Shown piece by piece: positions 12,941-25,690 of a stretch of 64,000 nt of DNA (position 1 is the first letter of the stretch; each line of letters starts with the position of its first letter). Location: assembly GCA_951406725.2 (NCBI GenBank), contig OX597831.1, positions 23,312,001 through 23,376,000 of the forward strand, given 5' to 3'. The position numbers and the translations under genes are program-made. Below the pieces are notes generated by a model that worked only from the letters and a program-made list of their open reading frames with translations, was not told where the DNA came from and searched no databases. The DNA is from Octopus vulgaris. Taxonomy: Eukaryota.

Positions 12941-13301
12941 TATATATATCTCCAGCAGTTCCTCTCCATATCACAGTTCACCTATCGCGGTTTATTATTT
13001 AACCTTATGTCAATTCCTCTGTGGAGTTGTTTTGCATTTATAATAAAATAAATATATACAAATTACAAAAATAATAAAAAGAAATATAAAGTACAGTACT
13101 GTTTCTACTTCGTGGATTTTCATCTATTGCAAGGGGTTTTGGAACATAACACCCATGATATTCAAAGGAATTCTGCGTATGTAATGTACTGATCCAAGAT
13201 AGAAAATTCAACAAAATAAGTACTCCATCTGGTGAGAGATAAATATATATATATATATGATAATGGAATAATTGCTGTGTAGCATTGTGTAGAATATATT
13301 G

Positions 13302-13636
13302 TATAAAATATCTTGGGTAAGGCCAAACAATACAAAGTAAATGCAAGGTAAAACACAAGAAAACCAATATGTGAATTGATGTAGACTTACCTTGTATTCA
13401 ATATTTCGGGGGTTATGACCCCATTTTCAAAAAAATTGACGAATGTTGCCAATGTGCACGTGTGTGAGAGGTCACACAGACACAGATTGGCAACATTTGT
13501 CAATTTCTTGAAAATGGGATCATAACCCCGAAATATTGAATACAAGATAAGTCTACATTCATTCATATATTTGTTTTCTTGTGATTTCCCTTGCGTTTAC
13601 TTCGCATTGTTTTGGCCTTAGCCACAATCTTTTATA
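13302..13636. mobile_element. Fold-back (palindromic) PLE-like element with hammerhead-like motif in each arm
   Basis: Arms of ~165 bp around a 4-nt loop (13468-13471), next to (TA)n. Confidence 0.75.
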
Positions 13637-13732
13637 TGATATATATATATATATATATATCTTGGTAGAAATGGTAAGACAACAAAAGAATGAAAGAGAC
13701 CTCGATATTATGTAAATAGAGGAATTTATCTT

Positions 13733-13972
13733 TAAATATAATATGTGACAGTTATTCTGTAGCCATGATAAAACTCCGAGTTTCAGATGTTGGTGCTGAA
13801 ACCCATTCTGCCATCTCTTCAGTTATCCGGCCATTGAAAAAATGCTATGAAAATTTTCATAGCACTTTTTTGATGGCTGGATAATTGAAGAGATGGCGGT
13901 GTGGGTTTCCGCCCCGACATCCAAAACTCGGAGTTTTATCATGGCTACAGAATAACTGTCACATATTATATT

Positions 13973-13974
<2 letters not shown>
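13733..13974. mobile_element. Fold-back PLE-like element with type I hammerhead motif in each arm
   Basis: 121-bp arms with no spacer (axis 13853/13854), abutting (TA)n. The minus-strand motif at 13767-13827 has intact CTGAAGA and GAAA. Confidence 0.8.
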
Positions 13975-14029
<55 letters not shown>

Positions 14030-15529
14030 TGCAATCTTGTGTTCAAGCATTGCCATAACCTGACTGAAAGTCCCACACATGTGAAGGCTATGACCAGCCA
14101 TTTTTGTGATAGGTCTTATTTTACCATTTTCAAGTGATGCCTGAGCATGATGACTTTTTATAATGGGAATTTGCACAAAATCCAGTCCCACTGTCTGACT
14201 ATGGACAACATAAACTCGAAAAGACAAACTAGTCTACATCATCGAATATTGTCGGTATGCAACAATGATATCACCCATCTAGCAAAGCATACCAACCTTC
14301 GTTTCTTTCAAGCCTTTGCCAGTCCCCTATAATCAAAGCCCATGTTTCACTATATCTACAAAATCTGAGCTCAGCTAGGATTTTATTACCCACAACAACA
14401 ATGCATCATTGTAAAGCAGATGACATTTATAGCTTAACAATATGGTGGGATACTTACAGATATTTTCATATGTAATGATATATATTATTATTCCCTGACA
14501 TTTGTAGTTTACTAATACTAGAGAATAATTCAAAACTTTAAATATGAAAGTTATTTGTTTTCTAGTTGCTTTGTTGAATTTAATTTACGTATATCTAATC
14601 CTATGAAACCTTACTTCAAGAATAGCTTCATTGCCAGATCTGTTTTAAGAACTTAAATGAATATGTTAGTAGCTCTTTTTATAATATACATAATAAGATT
14701 TCAAATATATATATATATATATATACGAATACATGTATGTATGTGTGTGTGTATACGTTCATGCATATATACATACATGTATACATACATATAGGCAGGC
14801 AGGCAGACAGGCAGAGAAGAGAGAAAGAGTCTTGAAACAAAATCCAACAAGTAAACATATTCTTTTATCCTCGTAAATGTCTCTCTCCATTACACTTTCC
14901 TTTTTAAAACTAAATCTGAAGTTAATCTTATTTCCAAAATCAATCCAAAAAGAAATTTAAAGAATCATATATAAAAAGTTGTTTTGTCATCTCAAATTGT
15001 TTAAAATATTTTAAATCTATTTTATCAAAAGATAAATTATTATCAACATACACCGCACTTACACAAAAATGAATATCTTTTATTGGTAACAATAATTCCT
15101 TTCCAAAGGCAACAAGCTTTCGGGATTCTTAGCATCGATGAGCTGGCAGAAACGTTAGCGCGCCGGGCAAAATGCTTAGCGGTATCTCGTCTGCCGTTAC
15201 TCTTGCACCTATTTTAATTGAATGATGCAGTTATAGCGAATCACATACAGGACTCGAAGTTTCTGTGTCAACAATAAGATGACCACTGCATTCCACGAAG
15301 GTCGATTTAGCCATTTTATCCTTATGATGTTGATAAAATAGATACCAGTTGAGCACTTGGGTTGGGTAATTGACAAACTCTACCTTCCACTAAAATTTCA
15401 GGCCTAGTGACAATACTGGAAAAGTTTATTGTGAAGATTAGTGCTCCAGTTCACTCAGGTGGTGAAATGGAGTAATCCTGCAACAGACGGGCATTCCATC
15501 CAGGTGGGGAATATGTCTGTTCCTTCTCA

Positions 15530-15817
15530 AGCCATACCTGGCTCATTAGGGCTGGTTTCCCGGTTTCCTTGGAGTATAGGCTCCCCACCTGAATGGAACA
15601 CTGGTCCATCGCAGGTGAGCTGCAAGATGCAGGAGGAAAGAATGAGAGAAAGTTGTGGTAAAACAGTCAGCAGAAGTTCTCCATTACCTTCTGCTGTAGC
15701 TGCATGGAGCTTAGATGTTTCACTCATAAACACACACATCAACCGATCTGAGATTCGAACCCGCAATCCCTCGACTGTGAGTCCACTGCTCTAACCACTA
15801 GGCCATGTGCCTCCACA
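15530..15817 (-). mobile_element. tRNA-derived SINE family D
   Basis: Minus strand tggaggcacatggcctagtggttagagcagtggactc...gggttcgaatctc contains A and B boxes. A related copy in the opposite orientation lies at about 15871-16122. Confidence 0.75.
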
Positions 15818-16792
15818 GGTGAGAATATACACACCATGAAAATGAGGAAATTGGCTCCTTTTTTCCTTAGTAGAGGCACATGGCTTAGTGATTAAGGTGT
15901 CGGACTCATGATCATAAGATTGCGGTTTCAATTCCAGGACCAGGCGATGCATTATGTTCTTCAGCAAAACAATTCATTTTATGTTGTTCCGGGCCACTCA
16001 GCTACCAGAAATGAATAATCTTGTGACAGACCGGCATCCTGTCCAGGTGGAGAATAAAGACGCCATGGAAACTGGGAAACCGGCCCTTATGTGTCGGTAC
16101 AACTCAAGAAGGTAACTTTACCTTTACATATTGCTGTCAACATGTGGAACCCAATTTCAGGATCTACATGGATGAATATTATTCCCAATTACCAATTCTT
16201 GAGAAGTTTTATTGCAACACCTGTGATCTGACCAGGTGGATTTTGATATTTAACGACATGTTTATTTTTTTGTTTTTTGTACAGCAGACAACATTTATCG
16301 TTGAATAGCAATGTATCATTATGGAGCAGACGACATTAATAGAGTAACAACATGTCAGATATCGCGCACAGTAAATACTACCACATTGACAGAATACTTT
16401 CAATCTTATGTTTTTTCATATATAATGATAAATATCAAACTGATATTTCACTGACATTTGTAGCTTGTTAATGTTTGCAAAAGTACTTGCGTTTTAGAAT
16501 GCTTTAATCACTAATGTTTCAACCGTTTAGCCGATTTGAATTTAGGCATTGATATTCCATTGATTGCCTTTGTTCAAGAGTAGCTTTATAGCCATGTCTA
16601 TTTTAAGAACTTGGATAGATATCAGAGTAGTTTATATAGTGATATATATATCATAGAATTCTAAATAGATTCATCCATACACACACACTCACATAACTAT
16701 AATAATATATCATAATAATAATGTAATATATTCACCGATTAAAAGTGATATTAACAAATATTATATATATATAATATAATATTATATATACG

Positions 16793-17210
16793 TAGGTGCA
16801 GGAGTGGCTGTGTGGTAGCTTGCTTACCAACCACATGGTCCTGGGTTCAGTTCCACTGCATAGCACCTTGGGCAAGTGTCTTCTACTATAGCCTTGGGCC
16901 AATCAAAGCCAAGCCTTGGGAGTGGATTTAGTAGATGGAAACTGAAAGAAGCCCGTTGTATATATATGTATATGCATATATATGTGTGTGTGTATGTTTG
17001 TGTGTCTGTTTGTCCCCCACCCCAACATAGCTTGACAACCGATGCTGGTGAGTTTACATCCCCGTAACTTAGCAGTTCGGCAAAAGACACTGATAGAATA
17101 AGTACTAGGCATACAAAGAATAAGTCCTGGGGTCGATTTGCTCGACTAAAGGTGGTGCTCTAGCATGGCCACAGTCAAATGACTGAAACAAGTAAAAGCA
17201 TAAAAGAGTA
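16793..17210 (+). mobile_element. SINE family A, full length
   Basis: tRNA-like head (tggctgtgtggt, ggttcagttcc), CORE-like segment, (TA)(TG) spacer, (taaaagag) tail. Confidence 0.9.
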
Positions 17211-17299
17211 TACATATTTATTGAATGAGACAGGTATGGAGAATCACATTAAGACCATTAAGCAATTGTAATTGATTGTGCTATGGGCACCAGGCCAAC

Positions 17300-17360
17300 C
17301 ACAGCTGAAGAAGAGCAGTGATAATCTTATTATTGACACAGAAACTTTGAGTCCTCTATG
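17300..17360 (+). ncRNA. Candidate hammerhead motif, degenerate
   Basis: CTGAAGA at 17305-17311, long helix II, GAAA at 17341-17344, ACT-ttg-AGT helix III, GTC triplet at 17351-17353. Helix I is weak. Confidence 0.35.
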
Positions 17361-17488
17361 TGATTCTCCATAACTGCATCATTCAATAAATTTATTCCTT
17401 TATTGTCTACAATATTGCTATTTACCGCCTTTGTCATCACGCACAGTTTGTCAATATATATACATACATACATATATATATATATATG

Positions 17489-17587
<99 letters not shown>

Positions 17588-18580
17588 GTATATGTATGTA
17601 TATCCTTCAGCTTCATTTGCAGGAACGTTTTTAATATGCACAAAAAAGGTCATATTTTATTGTGTCACCTATAGTCTAACAATGCTAACTGATGATACCA
17701 GTTTTTGGGGGTTGCACTGATCTGTTCCAATATAATGCAGGATTATAATTTTATTACTATATATATATATGTATGTATGTATGTATGGACATGCATACAT
17801 ACGGAGATATATATATTTATATATATATATATATACATATGTATGCATATATGGATGTTTAATGATGATGATGATTATTATGATATCTATGTGTGTATGT
17901 ATATGTATATATATATATGTGTGTGTGTTTGTGTGTGTATATCAGGAGTGGAATGTACACTACCTTGTCAATGAAAAAAATAGAATTTATAAAAAAAAGT
18001 TTCTCTTTGCGCAACCATTATCTTCTACTTTTAAAAACACTCTCCAGACTATATTTCGGAAAGAAAAGTGGAAAAAATCCAATAATTTATGGCCACTAGC
18101 ATATTTTGGAATGGAGATGCGACTTTGGCAAAATATGAAAAACTGAAGCTTTGAAGAATTCTTTTTTTCACACCATAATCTCTAGTGCCTAATGTTTGGA
18201 AATCTGAATAAATTTCAGAAACAGTATATAAAATAAATAAATGGTTAATAAAGTTTGGTACTTATTCCAAAAATCTGAAAAACTATTTTTTTTTTTATTA
18301 CCTTAGCAGTTTCCTTTCTGCGTTTAGTTTTTCATTTCATTTTTTTTTTTTGTACTAAATGTCTATGAAGAACAATTGTATTATCATAAACAAGACATAA
18401 TAAATCAGTCTGTTTAAAAGGAGGGTTTATTACAAGCCAAAAGGGAAGACTCCACATCAGTGGTTCTCAGCTTGGGTCCATATGGCCCTTAAGGGTCAAT
18501 ATGAGATCCTGTTAAAATTCATGTGCAATTAATTGGTTATAATTCTGTAATATACAAAATGGTTTTTAATTGTTTTTCAT

Positions 18581-18800
18581 ACACTAGGGGTGCTGAAAAA
18601 TTTCTGGTTTTAAGGGTATTGCAAGTGGCTTGGTTGGAAGCCCAACTTTTCATGTTCTTTTACTGGGCTGAGAAAAACTGAAGGACCACCACAAGAAGTA
18701 TGTGAATCTGAGAAGAGGAACATGTTGCATAAAATCATAATTAACTGTTCCTCCTATATTTTCTTTTATTCAAAGCCAGGGACTTTTCAGTATTTTTATA
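18581..18800. mobile_element. Mariner-type MITE
   Basis: Termini ggggtgctgaaaaatttctggtttt / aaagccagggacttttcagtattt. A TIR fragment also occurs at about 54192-54220. Confidence 0.6.
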
Positions 18801-20681
18801 GTTAAATATTATTATCTATTATATAAAATCTGTTCTGTCTGTCTGTGTGGCTTCTAGGATCTCAGGCATCCTCCATCAGATTGTGCTCAAATTTGATATG
18901 TAGATACCGATGGTATCAGGGCGTGTATAAGTCTTGAAAAAATTACAAAAATCGATTCCAGGTGAGAATGTGATCGATAAAGAGAATAAAATCGTTTTTC
19001 TTTGGAAGAGAAAAAAAGCCTATCTTTATTTCTTCTTTTGCTGGTGTCTCAAATTCAATCTCCTCCACTTCCTATTCATCTCCCATTCTCCTTCCTCATC
19101 TCTTTCATCTCTCACACTCCTTTTGCACTTTCAGGAACTTTCCTACTCACTCACCTTATCCAATCCTCTCAGCCACTCCATTTATGTCTACCACCCTGTA
19201 CTTGAGGGTATACTCTGACACATCTTCTTCTCCGTCTTTTCTTTTCTTTTTCTCCTTTTCCAACTGGGATACCAGTCTAGCTGCTCCTTTCCTGCCCTCT
19301 ATCTATACTCTAGCCTCTCATCACCAGGCACAAAGCCACTCCCTCAATACTATGTCCCTGCTCAGTTGAGGAATTACATCTCGCAAGTTACTCAGTAACC
19401 TCCCTGGTACTAGTACCATATAAAATAAAGTCAATGCACTCTGTAAAGTGGTTGGCATTAGAAAGGGCATCCAGATTACGAAACTATGCCAAAGCAGACA
19501 GTAGTGTTTGCCACAGTCCTCTGGCTTACCAATTCCTGCTAAATTGTCTAAGAGGCAGGGCAGAAGAGGTTCTTGTAGCAGAGGTTCTTGTAGCAGAGCT
19601 TCATGGTTACTCATGTTTAGTAGGGGAAGGAGAGAATGATCAGTAGGCCCTGCATTGAAATGGATAGATGAAGTGTCTGGATGGTCCCCTTAAAGCACAA
19701 GATTATATATTAATAATAAAAGGGTAAAATTAATTAATTCATTAATCAATTAATTAATTAATTAATAATTTTACCAAGTAGATCGGTAAGTTAAAATAAC
19801 TAGTATGGAAAATAGACATAAAGCAATGATGATGAGGATGGCAGTGGATCTAAAAGCCAGTATCTTGCACTGACTAAGATCTCATCAGTCCCTTCTCATC
19901 CATGGCCAAAATCACAAAATTCTTCAAACCTACAGAAAGGGATACATCTCATCTAAAAAAGGGGGCTGTGCCTGAAACATTGAAATTCTCTTCTTCTTCT
20001 GCCTTATAGCAAACTAAAATTAGATTTGTAAAGGAAAAAGTGTTAAAACTGATTTTTGCCAATACTGAATAATCATGCTTTGACCATCTTTGGATTCTTA
20101 ACATTGTTAACGACTTTTCAATTAAAACTAATTTTAATTGTTAAAGTGTTAATAAAATGGCAATAAAATTACTTCATTTCTCACTTGACTTGATAAATCT
20201 AATTTTGAAATATCGGCAGAAAATTTCAATTAGTTTGGAAAAATGAATTAGAAATTTAACCTAGAGAAATAAAATAAATGAATGACTGAGTTCACACAAA
20301 GAAATTAAACTAATCATTTTGCTAGAATTTTTAATCATTTTACTTGAAATGACAATAATCTATGTAACATTCAACTGGTTGATTGAAAGTGTTAATAATC
20401 TCAGGTGTATAATCTTCACTATATATTATTGGCAAAACAAAACAACTGATACTTCTGTTAAACTAAGATCTGTACCATATTTACTTATATGCGAATATCA
20501 ATAATGCTATATGAACAAACCAAGATTCATTTTCAGTGTTTTGTTAATTGGTGATAATTTAGTAGGAGGGCATAACTATTTAATATTCCCAGTATGTCAC
20601 CTGAGGCATCGAAACTAAAGCTGACTGCACCATGACTGGAACTCAGAATACTCTGAGAGGCAGATAAACATCTTGCTGCCT

Positions 20682-22318
20682 TAGATGTAACTAAATATTC
20701 TTTTCTACTCTAAGCACAAGGCCCGAAATTTTGGCGAGGGGGCATTTGATTAGATTGACCCCAGTACGAAACAGGTACTTAATTTACTGACTCCTGAAAG
20801 GATGAAAGGCAAAGTCAACCTTGGCAGAATTTGAACTCAGAACATAAAGACCAACAAAATACTGCTAAGCATTTTGCCTGATGTGCTAACATTTCTGTGA
20901 GTTTGCTGCTTTAGATGTAACTAAATATCATACTCTACTCTAGGCGCAATGCCCAAAATTTTTGGAAAGGGCACATTTGATTAGATTGATTCAGTACACA
21001 ACTGGTACTTAATTTATCAACCCCTGAAAGTATGAAAGGCAAAGTCGACCTTGGCAGAATTTGAACTCAGAACGTAAAGACAGAAAAAATACTGCTAATC
21101 ATTTTACCCAGCACGCTAATGTTTCTGCGGGCTTGTTGCCTTCGATGTAACTAAATATTCTTTTTACTCTAGGCACAAGGCCTGAAATTTTTGGAGAGGG
21201 GAGCCAGTTGATTAGATTGGCCCCAGTACGCGACTGGTACTTAATTTATCAACCCCTGAAAGAATGAAAGGCAAAGTCGACCTTGGCAGAATTTGAACTC
21301 AGAATGTAAAGACAGAAAAAATACTGCTAATCATTTTACCCAGCACGCTAATGTTTCTGCGGGCTTGTTGCCTTCGATGTAACTAAATATTCTTTTTACT
21401 CTAGGCACAAGGCCTGAAATTTTTGGAGAGGGGAGCCAGTTGATTAGATTGGCCCCAGTACGCGACTGGTACTTAATTTATCAACCCCTGAAAGTATGAA
21501 AGGCAAAGTCGACCTTGGCAGAATTTGAACTCAGAATATAAAGACCGACAAAATACTGCTAAGCATTTTGCACGGTGTGCTAACGTTTTTGCAAGTTTGC
21601 TGCCTTAGCTGTATCTAAATATCCTACTCTAATCTAGGCACAAGGCCCAACATTTTTGGAGAGAGTGCCAGTCGATTAGATTGACCCTAGAATGCAACTG
21701 GTTCTTAATTTATCAACCCTTGAAAGGATGAAAGGCAAAGTCGACCTTGGCAGAATTTGAACTCAGAATGTAAAGACAGAAAAAATACTGCTAATCCTTT
21801 TACCCAGCATGCTAATGTTTCTGCGGGCTTGTTGCCTTCGATGTAACTAAATATTCTTTTTACTCTAGGCACAAGGCCTGAAATTTTGTTATAGGGGTCC
21901 AGTCGATTAAATTGAACCCAGTATGCAACTGGTACTTAATTTATCAACTCCTGAAAGGATGAAAGGCAAAGTCGACCTTGGCAGAATTTGAACTCAGAAT
22001 ATAAAGACCGACAAAATACTGCTAAGCATTTTGCACGGTGTGCTAACGTTTCTGCGAGCTTGCTGCCTTCGATGTAACTAAATATTCTTTTTACTCTAGG
22101 CACAAGGCCTCAAATTTTGTTGGAGGGTGCCAGTCGATTAAATTGAACCCAGTATGCAACTGGTACTTAATTTATCAATCCCTGAAAGAATGAAAGGCAA
22201 AGTCGACCTTGGCAGAATTTGAACTCAGAATGTAAAGACTGACGAAATACTGCTAAGCATTTCACCCAGCATGCTAGTGTTTCCGCAAGTTTGCTGCCTT
22301 AGATGTAACTAAATATTG
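20682..22318 (-). repeat. Tandem array of seven ~231-bp SINE B units
   Basis: Unit starts at about 20682, 20912, 21142, 21373, 21605, 21837 and 22068. The linker gatgtaactaaatatt is repeated once more at about 22302. Confidence 0.92.
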
Positions 22319-23761
22319 CAAAGCATTGTGTCTGGTGCTTTGTTAATTCAACCAATAAAATTCCTGGCTTCGGCATAATGATGATTATTAACTTTGGCAC
22401 AAAATCATATTATAGTTATTGGGTATAGCCATCGGAATTACTCCTATTATATGCTTGATGACTTATTTTAATGACCCTGGAGGAATGAGAGACAAAGATG
22501 ACTAGCAGAATGTGAACTTTCATCTTTTTTTAATTGATATAAATTATTTATCCATGTGCTGGTTTAACACATTACCCACGTAGTCAAACCGACGTAGAAG
22601 CACAAAAGAAATATATAATTTATTGTTAGTCATATAGGCTACGCAAGGAATTAAAGTATTTGATCTTTCTTAAAAGATAATTATTTCGACTATTGTTCGG
22701 CCTCAGGTCATCTTTAATCAAGCTAACCTTATTATCAAAGGCATTCCAGCCATGACCATGCCAGCTTGTATTCAGACATAGTGTATCTTGGACTATATTA
22801 TCTAATGTGTGCTTCCTTAATGTTTATCTGATTGGACGGACTTTGATGTGATTAATCATTGACTGTGATGTCCATTATAGCAGTGAAGATAAATGTGTTT
22901 TTCTCAAGAAATTATTTCAAAGGACTTATCACAGCTTCATTATATATATAACACATTTGCTTTGTTCGGGTTCTTGTCTATTTCTTATTGAGATTCTTTT
23001 ATTTAAAGACTATCAACTAAGTTAATTAAAATAGTTAATTAATGTATTTTATACAATATAGATTATCACTTGTTATAAGCACCAATTATAAATATATAAA
23101 AATCAAGAATTTCAGACAAACTCAGAATCTGCAAGAGTGGGTGTACGTGTACGTGTGCACACACACATATACATATATATAGAGAGAGCATGAGAAATGA
23201 ATAGATATACATACATAAACATCACCCCACACATATATCATCTTCATCATCATCATGTTTAACATCCACCTTCGATGCTTGCATGGTTGGGACAACTTCA
23301 CAAGAGCTGGCCAGGCCGAAGCCTGCACCAAACTTCTGTGACAGTTTTAGCAGGATTTTTACAGCTGGATGCCCTTCTTAACACCAACCACTCAGCAGAG
23401 TGGACCTAGTGCTTTTTATATGGCACAAGCACAGAGGAGGTTCTATATGGCAAGGTTTTTACAGCTGGATGCTTTTGAAACATCAACCACTTTACAGTGT
23501 AGACTGGACGCTTTTAAGTGGCACCTGCACTGATAGGGTCACCAAGTACTTGCAAGACAAAAAAAAAAGATTTCAAGTGGGGGGGGGCCACTGGCGGAGG
23601 CCATCTTCTGTCGGATGATGAAAGGCTATAATGAGACAGAGACAGGTGTCTAGCTGAAGAGGAAGTACAAGGTTACCCAGGTGGAGAGAGAGATCAGGAA
23701 TGAAGACAGAAACAAGTGTGCTACCACAAAGAAAATACATGGTTACCCAACCGGGCAAAAG

Positions 23762-23938
23762 GGTATTTCATCTGTCTTTATGTTCTGAGTTCAAATTCTG
23801 CCATGGTCGACTTTGCCTTTCATCCTTTTGGGGTTGATAAAGTAAGTACCAGTTGCGTACTGGAGTCGCTCTAATCAACTGGCCCCCCCTCCCCAAAAAT
23901 TTCGGGCCTTGTGCCCAAATTTAGAGTAGAAAAGAATA
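23762..23938 (+). mobile_element. SINE family B, headless
   Basis: ggtatttcatctg...gactttgcctttcatcc...agagtagaaaagaata. Confidence 0.8.
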
Positions 23939-25377
23939 TTAATAATTGTAGACACAGACATTGGATTCTGACTGTTGTGGTTAGCCACCATCAAATGGAA
24001 CTCACGTGATACTGATTATTGTGGTCAGGGCCGAATTAAGACCTACAAAGGCCCTAAGTATGATGGGGACTGGGGGAAGATGTGAGTGGACTGAGGGTGA
24101 GGGGATTGGAGAGGGTGAGTGGACAGGTGAGTTCATGAGATTGTGAAACGAACGTGGCAGACAGGGTGCGAGAGGTATGTAACGAGTGGGCAGTGATGGA
24201 AGAAGCAGGTATTGAGAAGGTATGGTGTAGGAAAGAGATCCAAGGGGGAAATATTGCATGCAGGTATGTATAGTACCTACATTCTGAATTCAAATTCCTC
24301 TGAGGTCAGCATTGCCTGTCACCCTTTAGGGCTCCCTAAAGTAAGTACCAAACAGACACTGGGGTCGATGCAATCGATTTGGCCACTCCCCTCAAATTGC
24401 TGGCCTTGTGCCAAAATTTGAAACCATTATTAATGTTAGTTATGTCCTATCACTGAAGTCTGGGTTTCTGAATTTACTATCATTATATTACTTACTGTAA
24501 TGCCTGTTAATTCACTGTTAAGCTTTTTTTTTAATTGCTGTTAGGCCAAGTAGAACAAAATATAGCCATATAGCCAACTTTTCTTTGTATAAGTATATGA
24601 AAAATATACTGAAGATGAGGGGGGAGTCAAGTGTTACAGCCAATCGCTCAACCAATCAATCCACTTCTGTAAGAATGGTAATTACAAGTTTGTAGACACA
24701 GAAAAAATAAAAAATCAATTTAGAGAGGATTTCGAAATAATTATCCTCGGTGTAAGCAGTAAACAGAAATAGGAGAAAGAGAGAGAGACCAGAGAAAGAA
24801 CTAGATAAACATTGATATTCTCTTACAATTAGAGTAAGCAAGTACTGTTGGCTTTACAGCTGTTATTTCTATAGCATCTTTACACTCGTATGATTTGTGA
24901 GGTGTAAGAAGATATGTTTGAACTAAATCTACTTAGTCCTACATCACTTTATACAACAGCCACCGTTGTATTGCAACAAAGACAAGGTATCGATCTTAAT
25001 TGTTAGTTACAGACTTTATTTGCTTGTGGAGTTCTCCTCGAATCGGTATTTACACGGTTCTCCAAAGATTATTACTAATTCAAATTTCGGTCAATCAACA
25101 TTATACAACACCAGAGCTTTCTGCAAAATGTCACGTGAACTTGTCACTGTAACGGAGAAGTTTCTTCCTTTTAAATTCCTAATTTTTCAAACGGGAACTG
25201 CAACAGTTAATGTGTAGAAGTTTCTGTGTAGTCTTTTGACCTGTTCAATGTAGTTGCAAAATTTCTAACAAGCCCTCTTGAGCTTTAAAGCGTTCGCTCA
25301 CAAAACGGCAAAGTCACTTCTGTAGAAACACTCCAAATTATTCTAATTTAATTTCATTTTCATAAACAAATCAGATG

Positions 25378-25690
25378 TGGAGATGCAATGGCCCAGTGGT
25401 TAGGGCAGCGGACTCGTGGTCGGAGGATCACGGTTTCAATTCCCAGACCAGGCGTTGTGTGTGTTTATTGAGTGAAAACATCTAAAGCTCCAAGAGGTTC
25501 CAGCAGGGGTTGGTGGTGACCCCCGTTGTACTCTTTCACCTCAACTTTCTCTCACTCTCTCTTCCTGTTTCTTGAGTAACACTGTGATGGACTGGCATCC
25601 CGTCCAGTTGGGGTGGGGGGGAACACAGACACCATAGAAACCGGGAAACTGGGCCCATGAGCCTGGCTAGGCTTGAAAAAGGCTAAAAAC
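25378..25690 (+). mobile_element. tRNA-derived SINE family D
   Basis: tggagatgcaatggcccagtggttagggcagcggactcg...ggtttcaattccc; the 5' part matches 52668-52850. Confidence 0.8.

Noticed and set aside
14020-14345. Unique-looking segments as coding exons (also 6360-6560, 25000-25330, 36080-36480 and 62410-62640)
   Set aside because: Only short open frames and no recognisable protein motifs in the frames examined; cannot be supported without transcript or homology data.
20682-22318. CRISPR-like regular repeat array (also 34057-35025)
   Set aside because: The whole units are homologous SINE copies with no unique spacers, there are no cas genes, and the context is eukaryotic.
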